In this document: positions 38,630 to 52,559 of the stretch, piece after piece
How positions within the stretch are numbered: position 1 is the first letter of the stretch
Layout: each line of letters starts with the position of its first letter
Assembly (NCBI RefSeq): GCF_006345805.1
Contig: NC_042999.1
Location: 62,434,001 to 62,498,000 of the forward strand
From: Octopus sinensis
Lineage: Eukaryota
Length of the DNA: 64,000 nucleotides
Direction: 5' to 3'
Notes under the pieces: generated by a model
Databases searched by the model: none
The model's input: only the letters and a program-made list of their open reading frames with translations
Told to the model about the DNA's origin: nothing
Translations under genes and position numbers: made by a program

Positions 38630-39420
38630 TTAAATTTAAAATGGCTCAAATATTAGTTAATTCTCTGGCACATTCCACAAATCAAAATCACCTCAACCAT
38701 GCAGAGACACACAGTCCTATATTGATGACACTACCCTGTTCTCTTGTCTTATTTTCTATATACAATCTTCATTCACATGGCTTCCATGCCTTGTACCAAT
38801 CTTGTAGATCATATATGCAAAAACACCTTCAAAAATATTTTGCATTGAATACCTAGTAACTTAGATTCATTTAACTCCATCAAAACTCAGGCACCACACA
38901 GCTTAAAAATCATATCACATGATACATTTTTAGTAGTACTAATGTACTACTAAAAATGTGGCTGATATACAAGATATGACTACAATCTTTGATAATCTTG
39001 AAATATCACAAATATTATGTTTCCCTCTACAGTTCCTGAAAATAATTTGATATGAGCAACCACAAATATATTGCAAAGTCTAAATATGTCCTATACAAGC
39101 CTACTTCTAATTCATCTGGGATGGTTTAACAGTCACACACCTTGGATTCCTTCCAACATAAGTTATCTGCCTAATAGGCCCCCATTCAGTAACACTTCCC
39201 AATACTCACTCAACATTAAATTATCTTGTTTTGTTTTTCTATTGATACAAAAGTTAATTCTGCTCTTCTGATTATGCTAATACTCTATCATCTCCATCCA
39301 TATTCGCTTGTTGTTTTCAATTCTCAACCACCTCTATACCTCTATCCCAGGTTCTATATCAACACTTTGTGTATTCAGAATTGCATTTTTCTGAAACTCT
39401 TCTATCCATTCATGTTTCAT
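38630..39420 (+). mobile_element. Highly decayed LINE RT fragments
   Basis: QSYIDDTTL (YADD-like) near 38713-38739 within C/A-rich LINE-like composition. Confidence 0.35.
38924..38959. repeat. Perfect 16-bp inverted repeat with 4-nt loop
   Basis: acatttttagtagtac-taat-gtactactaaaaatgt. Confidence 0.9.
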
Positions 39421-41269
39421 TCTATACAAAAGTTTTCACAATTTAAATTCAATATTGACCACACAAACCTTACCTAATCAAGAAAAGTTTTTAAAAAGTT
39501 ATAGCTACTGCCCTTCTTCCCAGACTAAGAAATGTATAAAAAAAAAAAAAGAAGAAAGTATTTATCAATTTAACTAACTCTAAGATATAAAATAATGCTG
39601 ACAAGACTTGTAAAACCTCTTTTGACAGTTTAATCCAGCCTAACAAAGTCATTTTCTTTGTTAATGAATTATTTCTTTATAAATCTATTTTTTTTTCTGT
39701 AAATGAGAAGTTTAACAAGTGCAACTTACAAATGTATTTTATCATTTTTCCAGAAGTTGTAACTACAGGAAAATTATATGGAATTTTAAACATATTTAAG
39801 TATTTATATATTAATACTTTGATAATTTATTTCTTGTTCAACATTTAAATTCAAATTCATTCTCTATTATCTACAGCATTAGAACCCAGAGATCTATAAG
39901 AATATGATATACTGAAACTTCAAGTTACAGAATATATTTTTGACCTCCAAATGTATAGTACATTGTTTCCATTTCATTTTTTTTAATATAAAAAAAAATA
40001 AGTCATTAAACCATATGCAATTTTTTTTTTAATGTAACTTTGGTATATTTTGAAGAAGGACCACAAAACCCTACACTTTCTACCAACCAAATGTTCCATC
40101 TCGCCATATACATCCAATCTCATCAACATAAAAAGTACATATTAATGCATAATTCTTCTGTTAGCCCAAACTCTAAACAATGTCTTCTCATCCACACACA
40201 TAAAGAGCAAGGTGTGTTACCTTTGAAGAGGTATGAATGTTTTTTAAAAGCCAGATAAAAAAGAAAAATATCTTGAAATGGTTAGGGGTGGTCACCAAAT
40301 AAGGGGCTATCTGTTGTTGAAATAGTTAAATATTTATACTTCATTAAATAATTGATAACTGTTAATACAAAATAATCACATTTTCACATTGTCAGAGATT
40401 TGTAATTATTAAATAGTAACTGCTTGTAACTGATCAGCTAGGTATAACAGCATACTTAATCTTCTCAAACTTGGTATATAATTGGCATTTATTCTGTTGA
40501 CCTTGTCAGGTGAAAGGCTTTTATATTTTTGTGTCAGTGATCAAATATGATTTTTAATTAAGAATCTGAAGATATCTTGTAAATGAAACATTATTTAATG
40601 GGTTGTTTTACTTTTTAATGACTTTTATAATTTTGGAAATATCTTTGAAGCTCCCAGTATAATTCAAATGGTGATTGCCAACTCTGAAACCATTCCTCTT
40701 TATAGTTACAATTATCTATTTTCATAACAACAATCTATTTTCTACCTTCTTCTATTTACTATTTCTTTGAATTTATATCCTGTCACACCTACCTTGATTA
40801 GTTGCTTAATTCTCATTATGTTAAATATGTAATTTTAAATTCATGTACTAAACAAGTAAATGGTTGATAAGATTCACTCTATAAGTATTGAGGTATATTT
40901 TGGAAAAAAGTTTTGACAATTTATAAACTTATTAGCTATTTAAAACAGAATAGTTGTACATTAACAAAATTTAGTACATGTCTACCATATTTGCTGGTAC
41001 TGTCCACAGAGATTGTTTACATAGCCTTCATGCAGATGTTTAAGCAGTATTACCAAGACCCATCTGCCTTTACACCTTACTATTCTCCTCTATATTCAAA
41101 GGAGATCATTTGTGTACCCAGAGCTCTATTATATTTAGAGGGAGAGTGTGTGAAAGAAAGAAATAGTCAATAAAAAATAAGAGAGTTATCTCACCACTCT
41201 ACTTCAGAACTAATCTTAAATGGGAAATGTTTCTTTAAAGTGTCATAACTAAGACTCCATATTTAGTTT

Positions 41270-41669
41270 ACTATTATGTATAATGAGCAAAACGCCCCAC
41301 CGTCCAAATTTTCTCAAAACAACTTGTCCAACTGTCCCATAGGCCTCCTCTTTGAGAAACACTGATTTAACCTAAATTTGAGACACCAAATATGTTGGCT
41401 TTTTTTACGCAAATTGCACGTGCATTTTTCTTGCGTATGCATAGTATCAATTACAACAACTCATGTACTTGTGCATACAAATGCATGTTCCCACGGCTTT
41501 ATCGATCACATTCTCACCTGGAGTCGATCTTTGTAATTTTTTCAAGACTTATACACGCCCGGATACCATTGGTATCTACATATCAAATTTGAGTGCAATC
41601 AGATGGAGGATACTCGAGATCCTAGAAGACACACACACAGACAGACAGAATGGATTTTATATTATAAAT
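41270..41669 (-). mobile_element. Helitron-like non-autonomous repeat
   Basis: Minus-strand start TTTATAATATAAAATCCATTCTGTCTGTCTGTGTGTGTGTC has the same architecture as 21266-21636. CpG-rich compared with the flanks. The 3' end is uncertain. Confidence 0.55.
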
Positions 41670-41989
41670 GTCCACTTACATATAAATCATTACTGTCATC
41701 TGCACCACCTTCAGTGGTACTAGCTGTTTCTTGGTCATTACTATCATCATAGAGAAGTTCATCTGTCCACATTCTGATTCCACATTTCTTTACTGCTTTG
41801 ACTGCTATTACTAGGTCACAACTGCCCAAAATTACTTGAGTTACTGACATCTTGCTGCAGTAGTGATGATGATGGTAGTCTCTTGAAGTCTGAGAAAGAT
41901 GGTTCTGCAATTTCTTGGTGAACAACCTGCACAGAGGATTTGTTCATTGTCATCAAATGTTTGTGTTGTATATTAGCTCACTCCCTCCA

Positions 41990-42126
41990 TCAAATCAGAT
42001 GTTGAAGTGATCACAGAGCAACATGAAATAAAGTTTTTTGCTCAACACACCACCCAGTCCAGGAACTTAAGCCATGATCTTGCAACTGTGAGTGCAACAC
42101 CCTAATCACTAGGCCATGCACTCTCA
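41990..42126 (-). mobile_element. Degenerate tRNA-derived SINE head
   Basis: Minus strand TGAGAGTGCATGGCCTAGTGATTAGGGTGTTGCACTCACAG...GTGTTGAGCAAAAAACTT. Confidence 0.65.
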
Positions 42127-42249
42127 TTGTGCAATAGCTATTAATTCATTTCTATTGATGTTACTAAATTCCCAGCAATCATCCATTTGTTCGATACTTC
42201 TCACTTTAAAAGCATTTAACTAGCTTAACTGAAATGTTAAATTTTTACA

Positions 42250-43000
42250 ATTGTGATCCCCTTTGGGTATAGCTATTTGTTCCATCTCTTAAAATTGCTC
42301 CTATTTTTCTTTGTTGCTTCTGTTTTGTGGAATTGAAATTGATTCCCATGCTAATATTGCTGGTTTCTTCAATAAATCACCTGGACACTGACAGTTTCAT
42401 ATTATCGTCATCCATCCATACCTTGTTTTGGACATGGCAAACACTTAATCAGATAATTTCCTCAGACACTGTTTAAATATTAATAAAGCAAGCACATTCT
42501 TCTGTTTAAAGCAAGCACATTCTTCTGTCTATACAAAAGTGAAGGTTTTTTATGTATTCAATTGTTTTTTTTTTTATGGTCACTGACTTTGCACTATCAT
42601 TTTTAACAGTTTTATTTGATGGCACCTGCAATGTGAATAACACTTCATCCATTACTGCCTATTTGCCATAGTTCATAATTTGTTTTTTTCTATTACATTC
42701 ACAGAATTCCAAAAGTTTCTCTTCATACTCTTCAGTCATCTGTGCAATTATGGTCTTTGCTCTCATGCTTAGTTCAGGTTTACTTCATAAAATGATTACA
42801 CCAAGATCCAGCAAATTCATCTGCTGATGTATTTAATTTTTTGTCAGTATTTCTTACCTTTACATATTATCTTCTCTGAGCCTGTATACTCCATACTTCA
42901 TTAATCATATGTCCATAATTTTATGATGTCTTCCAGATATGGAAATTTTTCTTATGATGAAGTCCATTCTTTTTCATTCCCATATTCTTTAATATCTCTT
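42250..43000 (-). mobile_element. Decayed RTE-type LINE fragment
   Basis: Minus strand IPKGDHNCKN resembles the PKKGD...C.NYR motif. Many stops. Contains a 23-bp tandem duplication at 42484-42528. Confidence 0.35.
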
Positions 43001-45164
43001 GTTTTTCCCACTTACAAATCCTTTTTTCGGTTGGTGGTGGCCATACAATCACACAGCTGCCTGGTTGCCATATTGTTTGGCTTTTTTCAAATTTGTAGCT
43101 TATAGCTTATTATGTATGTATCTTCTCTGCTTAGTTGCCATTGTATATATCATAGAGATATATTGTCAACTGACAGCCACCAAATGGCATCTATTTCAGT
43201 GGTAGTTGTGCCTATGAATGGTATATGAGGCACCATCATTATGGATTGCCTATAAACCAAACAAAACAAAATGGTGGTTTTTTTACCAGTGTCAGTAAAT
43301 CCTTGTGAACTTTTTGAGTTACCATTAACGTATAATAAAACTAATAAATAAGGCAATCATAATATTGGGATATATTTATTACATGTAAATTGTGACAATG
43401 AGCCTAAATTTCAAGCATGAGTTGAAGGGCTGGACCCACCAGTTAACATCCACTCTACAACCTTGACTTTTTAGCGATAAGATGCATGGTGATTTGGAGG
43501 AATTTTTCCAGGAAAATATGTATTTTTAGGAGCCAGAAAATCTGGTAGTTAAAAAGCATTCAGAATAAACGTTATTATAATTTAGTTTCTGTGTTCAGTT
43601 TAATGTTAAATGTGTATCTCAAAATATTTTTTCTAAATTTTTCATGCAGATATTGACTATTGGTGGTAACAATAGTCACGACAATTATGATAATTGCTGC
43701 TCATTTGGAAAAGAATACTTTAGTGTAAAAGCACAAGCAAGCATGTAATTCAGAATATCACTTACATCAATATCTTTTAAAGAGTTCTAGTGATAGTTTA
43801 AAATGTTAAGCTTGTATAATAGCAAATTAGTGTTACCATTTCCAACTTTGTCAGGATTGGTTTCTTTCATCTTTCTAGTTTTTCTAAATTAGGTATAATA
43901 TTCCAGATTAATTAATTAAAATAATCTCTATTGTTAATTTTTGGACATAACATACTACATATCAATTGCATATGTTAATACTTATTTTATTTATTTATTT
44001 TTTTACTTGAGATGAAATTATCAACCAACATATAAGTAATATAGTTACAGTAGTTACAAACATAGTAAATATGTTCTTTGTCCACATATTTTCACATTAA
44101 GGATTTTTTGTGTTACACTACCTTCCACACATAATTAGATGCCAACAATTATAATGTATATGTGAAAAAAAACATTCTAGAACATTTCTTTAATGATACT
44201 AAAAATGGTTGAAATGGTATGTTACCATAACTGGGAGGTCTTTGAACTTCTAATTTAGTGATCATTACCTGGATTGACTATATTAGTTATTTCTCTCAGA
44301 TTGATAATATAAAAAGTATCTCTTGATTTAATCAGGTGTGTTTCTAGCCTGCAAAAAATGGTTCTTTGTCTTGTCAAAAGTAGATTATTATTTGTAATAA
44401 ATCCTTATTGGTTGTGTGAAACAATTAAGGTCTTTCACTTGAAATACTTTCATATTTTGTGTGAAATAAATATACATATCTGCATTTCATTTACACGGGC
44501 TATCTGCTGTATCAAGAGATTAAATATAAGAACTAACATTTGAAGTAAGAAGTGGTAATGTGGATTAGTTCAGCCTAAATAAAAATGTAGATATGTTGGT
44601 GTACTATGAGGAGGAAAATATTTAACAATAAAGAGGCTCTTTCATTTGAGAAATTAATTTCTTTCAAATTGTAAGTTTATTTAGTCAACATTACTTCCAT
44701 GCATTTATAATGTTAAAACATTTCCATATTATGATTTTGTTTGTTCCACAATGACAAAAGTTTGTTTCAAAGTTTTTATTAATTCTGATATTTTCTCTGG
44801 GCTCAAAAATATAATTATGAATTTTGGAATTATTTCTGGTTCTAACTTGAAGAACAGACATGTCTTTCCTTTAGAAAGATTTCATTTGTTAACCTAAATC
44901 TCCTGTCATTCATTGTACCATTTTGTGATTTTTTTCAGTTTTCCTTAACCACTATGGCTAAAACCATACTAGAGCACCTCCTTAATTTTTTTAATCATTA
45001 GATAAGAACTTATTGCATCTGCTGAAGAATTTTAATGTAATATGGCACTGGAAAATATTATCCAATCTCAATTTTCTTTGCAATAATTCAATTCTAGCCA
45101 TCCAGTCAAGCTTAATAAAGAAATTCTTTTAATGCATTAATGTTATATAATCGTAAATAATGAT

Positions 45165-45530
45165 AGAGTCAATTGAAATCAGGACTAAATGTCTTGTAGT
45201 ACTTAGCTACATTCCTTTATGTTCTAAATTCAAATTTCACTGGAGTTGATTTACTAATCAGGTATTGGTATCAGTAGTTTCTTCCTCCAAATTTGTGGAT
45301 CTCCGCCTAAGTTAGAAATGAAAATATTTGTGATTTAAGGACAATTGGTGGCAGAACCAGTAGAGTGTTAGATAAAATGTCTTTATGTTCTGAGTTCAAA
45401 TCCTACCTCATCTACATTACCTTTCAATCTTACATGGTCAATAAAATAAGTACCAACCAAGTATTGGAATCAGTTTAACTGGCTGTGCTTCCCCCATAAT
45501 TTGTGACCTTGTGCCAATGTTGGAAATTAA
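45165..45530 (+). mobile_element. Two tandem degenerate SINE copies (family of 16979-17150)
   Basis: ctttatgttctaaattcaaattt and ctttatgttctgagttcaaatcc cores; ggtcaataaaataagtacca; ccttgtgccaatgttggaaa tail. Confidence 0.7.
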
Positions 45531-46304
45531 TAGTTTAGAGTCATATTCTACAACAAAACTGTTAATCTCATTTATGCTTCTATTTACATCTATTTTGATT
45601 GATGTATTCTCAATAGTCATCCGGTCTCATATTCACTCACTTGAGTCATACAAACACACTCATGGATTTGAGTCAAATCTACAAACCTTTATTTTGTAAC
45701 ATAGGTTTTCAGTGCTCTTATCTCAGAAATGTACACATGAAATTTATATTTTCATGGTGTAGTTGATAGCAATTGAAGGAATTTTTATAATTTCCTTTCA
45801 AAAAATTACTTACTACTACATAATTATTTTTATGCTTAATTACGTCTTAAAATATGTGCTGTGCCTAACACATTGCCTTTCCTGACTATCATGTCATAAT
45901 TTTACATGAATTTGGAATTCATGAATACACAAAACCACACACAAATATAAGTGTATATTAGATATATGGTTAGTGGCATATATATATATATATGTATATA
46001 TATAAATATATTGGCATAGTTCATGACTAGTTTTTTTTTTTGCTTTTTTTTTTGTAAACTCTTTCCTGCTGAGGAAATATCTCTCTGGAATGAGATAATG
46101 GTACTAACTTTATGTAATACTGATAGTACCTTCAAGGCAATATTGGTTATTTTTTTATATTTATAAACAATTTCATTATGTAGTCAATTTTTTATATTAG
46201 AAAATAATCTGTATATATATATATATGGATGTGTGCATATTATGTGTTTGTGAGTGTGTTTTTGTGTGTGTGTATGCATATGCATTTTTAACAAACTTGT
46301 ATAT

Positions 46305-46379
<75 letters not shown>

Positions 46380-47516
46380 TATATAAACACATAGATACAT
46401 ATCTGCACACACATATAACAATTACCTCATGGAAAAGTCATTTAGCAACACAAAAACTGTTATATTCACTTTTCATTTACTTCTTAGATGTAGAGTGTAG
46501 TAGGTCAAAACATTTTATCACAGTTCTGCAGTCTGGTCACTGTCACTATTCCACTGCATCTGTTGAAAATCAGTTATAAGTGTATTTTTATAAGCCTTGG
46601 AGATTTTGTTCTTCTATCTACACTTGTTTTCCCTCTTTCTGTTCTAAGTCACATTCAACTTTAAAAATGTCAGTTTAATAAATATTGAGACAGATTTTTT
46701 ATTGGTCATGGGTGGACAACCTGTAGGTCAAATAGCAGCGATACAGCTGATTTACAGGGTCAAAATTCGACAAAAATAATTAAAATAACCAAAATATAAA
46801 ACTGTAGTCAAATGCCTTGTTTTAAAAAGTCGAAGGTAACTCAGAACATAACTAAGAGAAAACTAAATGGAAGAGAATCGCAAGAAAAAAATATACTCCC
46901 TCCACTTCCTCTACACACCTTAAGAGGCTTATAAAATTCACATATAACTGATTTTCAGTTGATGCCAGGCTGCAGAAATGCAACAAAGCTTTTTGACATA
47001 ATAAATTGCACTATTAAGAAAGAAAATGTGAATATAAAAGTCTTTGTGAATTCTTAAATTGTTAACATGACTCTTCTATGGTGTAACTGTCTTAGTTTCA
47101 ATATACCATTTGCTAAGCAAGTACAACTTGAAGGTATATATACATATATCAAAAAATTGTGTATGTGAGCATGTGTGCGTGTATTAAGCACATAGGTACT
47201 ACTGTTTATGTAAGCCAGGTTATCACTTAAAATTTTACTATTCTTTGATATGAATAAAACTGTAATATTGAATTTTTTTTTAATACTGAATAATCAAGGG
47301 CAAGTATTTATTTTTTCCTGTAAAACAATAGTGATTTATAGTCAATTGCTGTCATTTCAGAGGGGTTACATCACATGTGTTCATGTTTACATTATTTTAT
47401 TTATAACATTACTATAAAATTTGTTTTACAACTTTTTTTATCTGCATTTGCTTACAAAATTGTTCTTCACATTTATTGACACAGTGTTATCACTGATATT
47501 GTTTTATAATTTCTAG

Positions 47517-47579
47517 TTTGTCTGGAAAGGCCGAGGCAAAAGCGCAGGTCAAAAGAATGGGAAGGAAGCTTCAAAGCAA
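47517..47579 (+). CDS. Candidate 63-nt cassette exon of the RIM gene (phase-1 reading VCLERPRQKRRSKEWEGSFKA)
   Basis: CTGAT branch-like motif at 47493-47497, ttttataatttctag| acceptor and CAA|gtgggt donor. Length is a multiple of 3. Purine-rich, 30/63 G+C, in an AT-rich intron. No homology recognised. Confidence 0.4.
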
Positions 47580-49531
47580 GTGGGTCTGCAAAATTAGTTA
47601 CTGTAGAATGTGATCGAACAAACTGACACTGACTTTTAACAATTAAATGCTGTCTGTGTCTCTTTCTGACTGTCTATCTGTCCTTTGTCTCTCAACTCGT
47701 CTATCAGTTCTTGTGATTATACATAACTTATATCTGTCTGTTTGTTGGTTCATGTCTATCCTTAAACAGTATTTGTCCATATTTTTGTTGTTTTCTTTTT
47801 TCTTTTTTTTTCTTTTTTTTTTTCCTTTCTTCCATTTTCCACTCCATGTCTCACTGCTGCCGCCTTATTCCCTTTAGTTTCCTTTTTCAATTTGAAATAG
47901 TCACATTCATTCTTTTTCTTTTCAACTCCCACTTGTTTAAGATATTGAGCTGTCAGTGTTAGATTATTGTTATTTTTTGTTTTTGTTTTTTTTTGCACAT
48001 CTTATGTAATTTTCAAATTAAATTTACTTTTTAAAATTCACCTAATGTTATGAGTAGCTTTGGTGCAATGTAATTTGACTTGAATAATTATTTTTTTTAA
48101 ACCCATTTCCACATATTTGTATTTATCAGTGTGTAGAAAACTATTTCACCCAAATAGAATGTCTGCCACTTATTTGTCTGCAAAATTCAGAAGGGAATTT
48201 ATGTAAATTATTTTTTAAATTTCATTTATGTCGAGTTTTTTGCTACATTTTACTGTTTCATTTAGATTTTCTCTAATTCTACAATGAATACAAATTATCA
48301 AAGGATAGGTAAATTTTGTGAATGTTGTCCTTCAACTTACTTCTATTACTGTGTCTATGACTGTTCAGCTTGATAATTCTTTTTTTTTTTTTAAATTTAG
48401 TTCTTTACTGCTGTTTCATTGTTGGCATTTTGCTATCGTTCTTTGTAATCCGTATGTTTTGGGGCATATGCGCACATATCAATGCATTTACATTATGTAT
48501 ATAAACATAATATAAATATATTTATGTGTGCAGTTTTGCATATAGGTGTATGTCTGTTTATATGTATGTGTGTTTGCATAAGTGTGTATGGAAATGTATT
48601 AGAGAAAAAATGTTCCAGTTGCCAAAAAAAATAAACTGGTAACATTTTTTCTCTATATATTCATTACATTTTAAGCTCTGATATTCAGTATCTGTTGTCA
48701 TATAGTTTTCTAGGGCGTATGTTGATCAATTGCATTCATTTCTGTTCTCATGTGCTTCATTTTAAGTATTCTTGAAACCAATATTTTATTTTGAGTAACA
48801 GTCCTTCTATATTATAGATTGTCTTTTAAAATTAAGGATACAGTTAGTTAGATAACAAAATACAAAGTGATTAAAACTATTTCACACAAACACACACATG
48901 CCCAAATGTACATTATAACAGGATAGACTGATTAAATTTATAAACTTGTCTTAAATGCCAACATAAGAAATGAAAAAAAAATGTTATAACTCAATCATGC
49001 TATTATTAGGAAATTTACCCCTTTGTTTTATAAGCTAAAATTTCTTGCAAGTTACTAATTAAACTTTACTAGTTAGATTTTTATGCAATATTAATGAAAG
49101 TTCAAAATGTAAATAATGAATTATCAAAATTAAAAGTATTTATTTTTAGTATCCACTTCCATAGACTGCATCTTCCCTTTCTACGTTAGTTGCCAAAATT
49201 AAAAGACAAATATAGTATTAAAATTTTGTTAGTTTGCAATATTATTTTAATACTCAAATTGGTTACATGTACAGATATCTTAAATGACATTATTTCAAAT
49301 TAAAATTAACATAATGAATTGACCATTTTTATGTATCTTTTTGTAATGAAATTCAAGTTGTGTTTCAAGTAGTTAAATGTTATTTCCCTGGTTTTGATTT
49401 TACAATTTACATTTATCACAGTAGAATTTTTTTTTTGTTAGAATAAAATTTAATATTGAGTTTTATCTTAAATCTACTTGACTGTATGTGTGTGTAGGTA
49501 TACAAACATATATATATATGTGTGTGTGTGT

Positions 49532-49586
<55 letters not shown>

Positions 49587-50724
49587 TCTGTATATATATA
49601 TATGTATATATATGTGTATATATATATGTATATACACCCAGGCGTGCATACATTATATACACATATATGTGTATATAGATGTGTACACACACATATATAT
49701 ATGCACACACAACTACCATATCACCATATTTGTAACATTGGATAATATTTATATTTATCTCTTTTGCAGTATGTTTCATATGTTATTTCCTGCCACAATG
49801 TCAGTTTAATTGTTAGAATAGCCCCTGTAGTGATAGATCACTAAAACTATATTACAAAACTTCATAGCTGATATAAAAAGCAACAAAGTGTTATGTGGTG
49901 TTATTTTGTGATTACATCTCAGAGTAGGTTGTCTATCAAGTAAGCATTTGAATTATACAAAAATACATTAAGCTGTTACTGAAGAATAATCTGAACCATT
50001 TCATTGCTCAGAAGTATAGAAGCACTAAAATAAGGCTGCAGTATAAAATTGAATCTAGTTGGAAATGTGGTTTTAGATTCAATATACAAGTAGTTTCATT
50101 GGGGAATAATTCAAGCTACTAGTTATATCTTGAAGGAAAATGTATAAAGATAATTATCTTTCACATGTTACAAAATTCATACTCCACGCATATTAAAGAA
50201 ATTTTGCCAATAGACCACAAACATTTACTTATGATTTGTCCTTGATTTATTATAAGATTTCAAATCCCTTCTGATCATGTTGTTAGCATTTTTCAGCACA
50301 GCAGCTCTAACCAGCTGGTATTTGAAAAGTCATGACATTTTTTATAGAAATTCTTCAATATGTGCTGGAAAAGAAATATAAAATATAAATTGTTTTAGTT
50401 AATGGTATTGTTCATCATTTCATGTTCAAATATGTTGGATGTTTACACACACACACACACACTCTCTCTCTCTCTCTCTCTTTCTCTCATTGTCACTATC
50501 TCTCTCACACACATACACACTCACATTCATATATGTATATATTCACTAAATATTTGCTACATTTCAATCACTTTTCATGCTATGTACATCATTCTGTCGA
50601 GCCATATAAAGAGATTTTTGCTTAAAATGAATCTTCCTCATGCAGAAATACTGATATACATATCAACAAAGTTATATATTCACTCTACACAGCATATGGA
50701 GTACTATAATTTCTATTTGTGAAC

Positions 50725-50741
50725 TATTATTATTATTATCA

Positions 50742-50797
<56 letters not shown>
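50725..50797. repeat. (TAT)n microsatellite
   Basis: Seen directly. Confidence 0.95.
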
Positions 50798-50798
<1 letters not shown>

Positions 50799-50941
50799 TG
50801 AGAATACTACTAATAATAAGAATAGCAATATTTACATATTTGTGCACAAATACACACTCATACACACATATATATGCTTTATCTGTACCCTATATAAATA
50901 TACTATATATACTAAGCCTATATTATATTGCTTATAAACTG

Positions 50942-50997
<56 letters not shown>

Positions 50998-51014
50998 ATA
51001 ATATATATATATAT

Positions 51015-51143
51015 ATATCGCATTTATCTTTGTTTATATATATATATATATATGTATATTGATAGATAGATATATATATGTATCGCATTTATCTTTGTTT
51101 ATATATATATATATATATGTATATTGATAGATAGATAGATAGA
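51015..51143. repeat. ~66-bp tandem duplication inside a (TA)n/(GATA)n field
   Basis: tatcgcatttatctttgttt(at)n gtatattgatagataga occurs twice. Confidence 0.85.
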
Positions 51144-52559
51144 TACATTCTCCATCCCTTGGGTTAGTTGCCTTTGCTATGGGTTAGAGTCTAATCTACC
51201 CTAGTAGGCTAAATGCACACCTGAGTACCAAACCAGAAATTTCCAAGTCCCTGTGCACATATACATCATGTAATTGATGGCCATTGCCCCCCCCCCCAAG
51301 TTCATCCACCCTTTGACAGCTCTTTGTTTTTCATTCCACAGGGTGTCCAAGAACCACCACTCAAGCTTGGTGGTGTTCTTGGTTTAGTTACCAAATGCCT
51401 GACCATGCAACAGGTTGTACTGAGTTACATGTTACCAGTTGCACTCAAGAGTGACTTGATGCAATCATCTTCATCATCATCATCACCACCATCATTTACA
51501 TCCATGTTACATAATGACATGGGCTGGATGGTTTTACAGGATCCTGTGGGCCCAAGAGCTGCATTGTGCTCCAGTGTCCGCTTTGGTATGTCGCTGTGGC
51601 AGGATGCTCTTCCTCGTGCCAGCCACTTTACAGTGTGTAATGAGCACTTTTTTTTTTATGTCAACAATACTAGTGAGGCTGACATGCAGCTTGCAACACT
51701 ATGAATCCAGGGTGGGAAGAGGAAACTTTATGCTAATAAAATGTGGGAGTAAGGGTAGTTGGAAAGTGATGGTGTGTGTTCATATATATATATATGTATA
51801 TATATGTACCAAGAAAGTTAGAGAGGTTGTGAATCCAACCAACTAAGGGATAATATCTATCCAATATACTGCTGGTAGAATACCCAGTTATTAATACACA
51901 AGCGTTTTTTATTACATTGCAAGTACATTTACGTTTCGGGCCTACACTCTTCTATAGAAAGGGACACAGAAAAAAACAAGGAGAGAAAAAAATGTGTGTA
52001 GTGGCTAACAATCTATCATGGCGACTGACTCGGACAGAAGGGTCACACACGAGAGGGAAAGTAGAGGAGATAATAAAGTAAAGATGACCCCCAACATGAA
52101 GGTGCGTGTATGTATAAGAAAGTATTATGTGCGTGTGAAAGAGGGCTGGTGGTCTGGACGTGTGCATGTATGTATGTGTAGGTGTGAAAATGTGGGGATG
52201 GGTGTGTGGGTGGTGTGATGTGATGTGTAATGTATGGTGTAGTGTGGTGTGGTGTGATGTTGTTGGGAGGTGGAGGATATATATATTGGTAGGGTCATTT
52301 TCATAGTATTTTTTTCAATGGCCCGATAACTGAAGAGATGACCGGCATGGGTTTCCACCCCAACATCCGAGACTCAGAGTTTTATCATGGCTAACAAATA
52401 ATTGTCACATATTGTATTTTTACAGATATATATATATATATATTATGTATGTACTTATGTTTGTTGAAAATAGAGTTTTTATACATGAAAAGGACTGGGA
52501 TGATTAGTATTTTACTGTGTTTGAGAAAACCTGTCTACTACAGTAAAAATTATATCCTA

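Noticed and set aside
43650-43748. ttcatgcag acceptor followed by ILTIGGNN..., a possible VVGG-like PDZ exon
   Set aside because: Wrong phase for the preceding exon, no further PDZ residues and an early stop.
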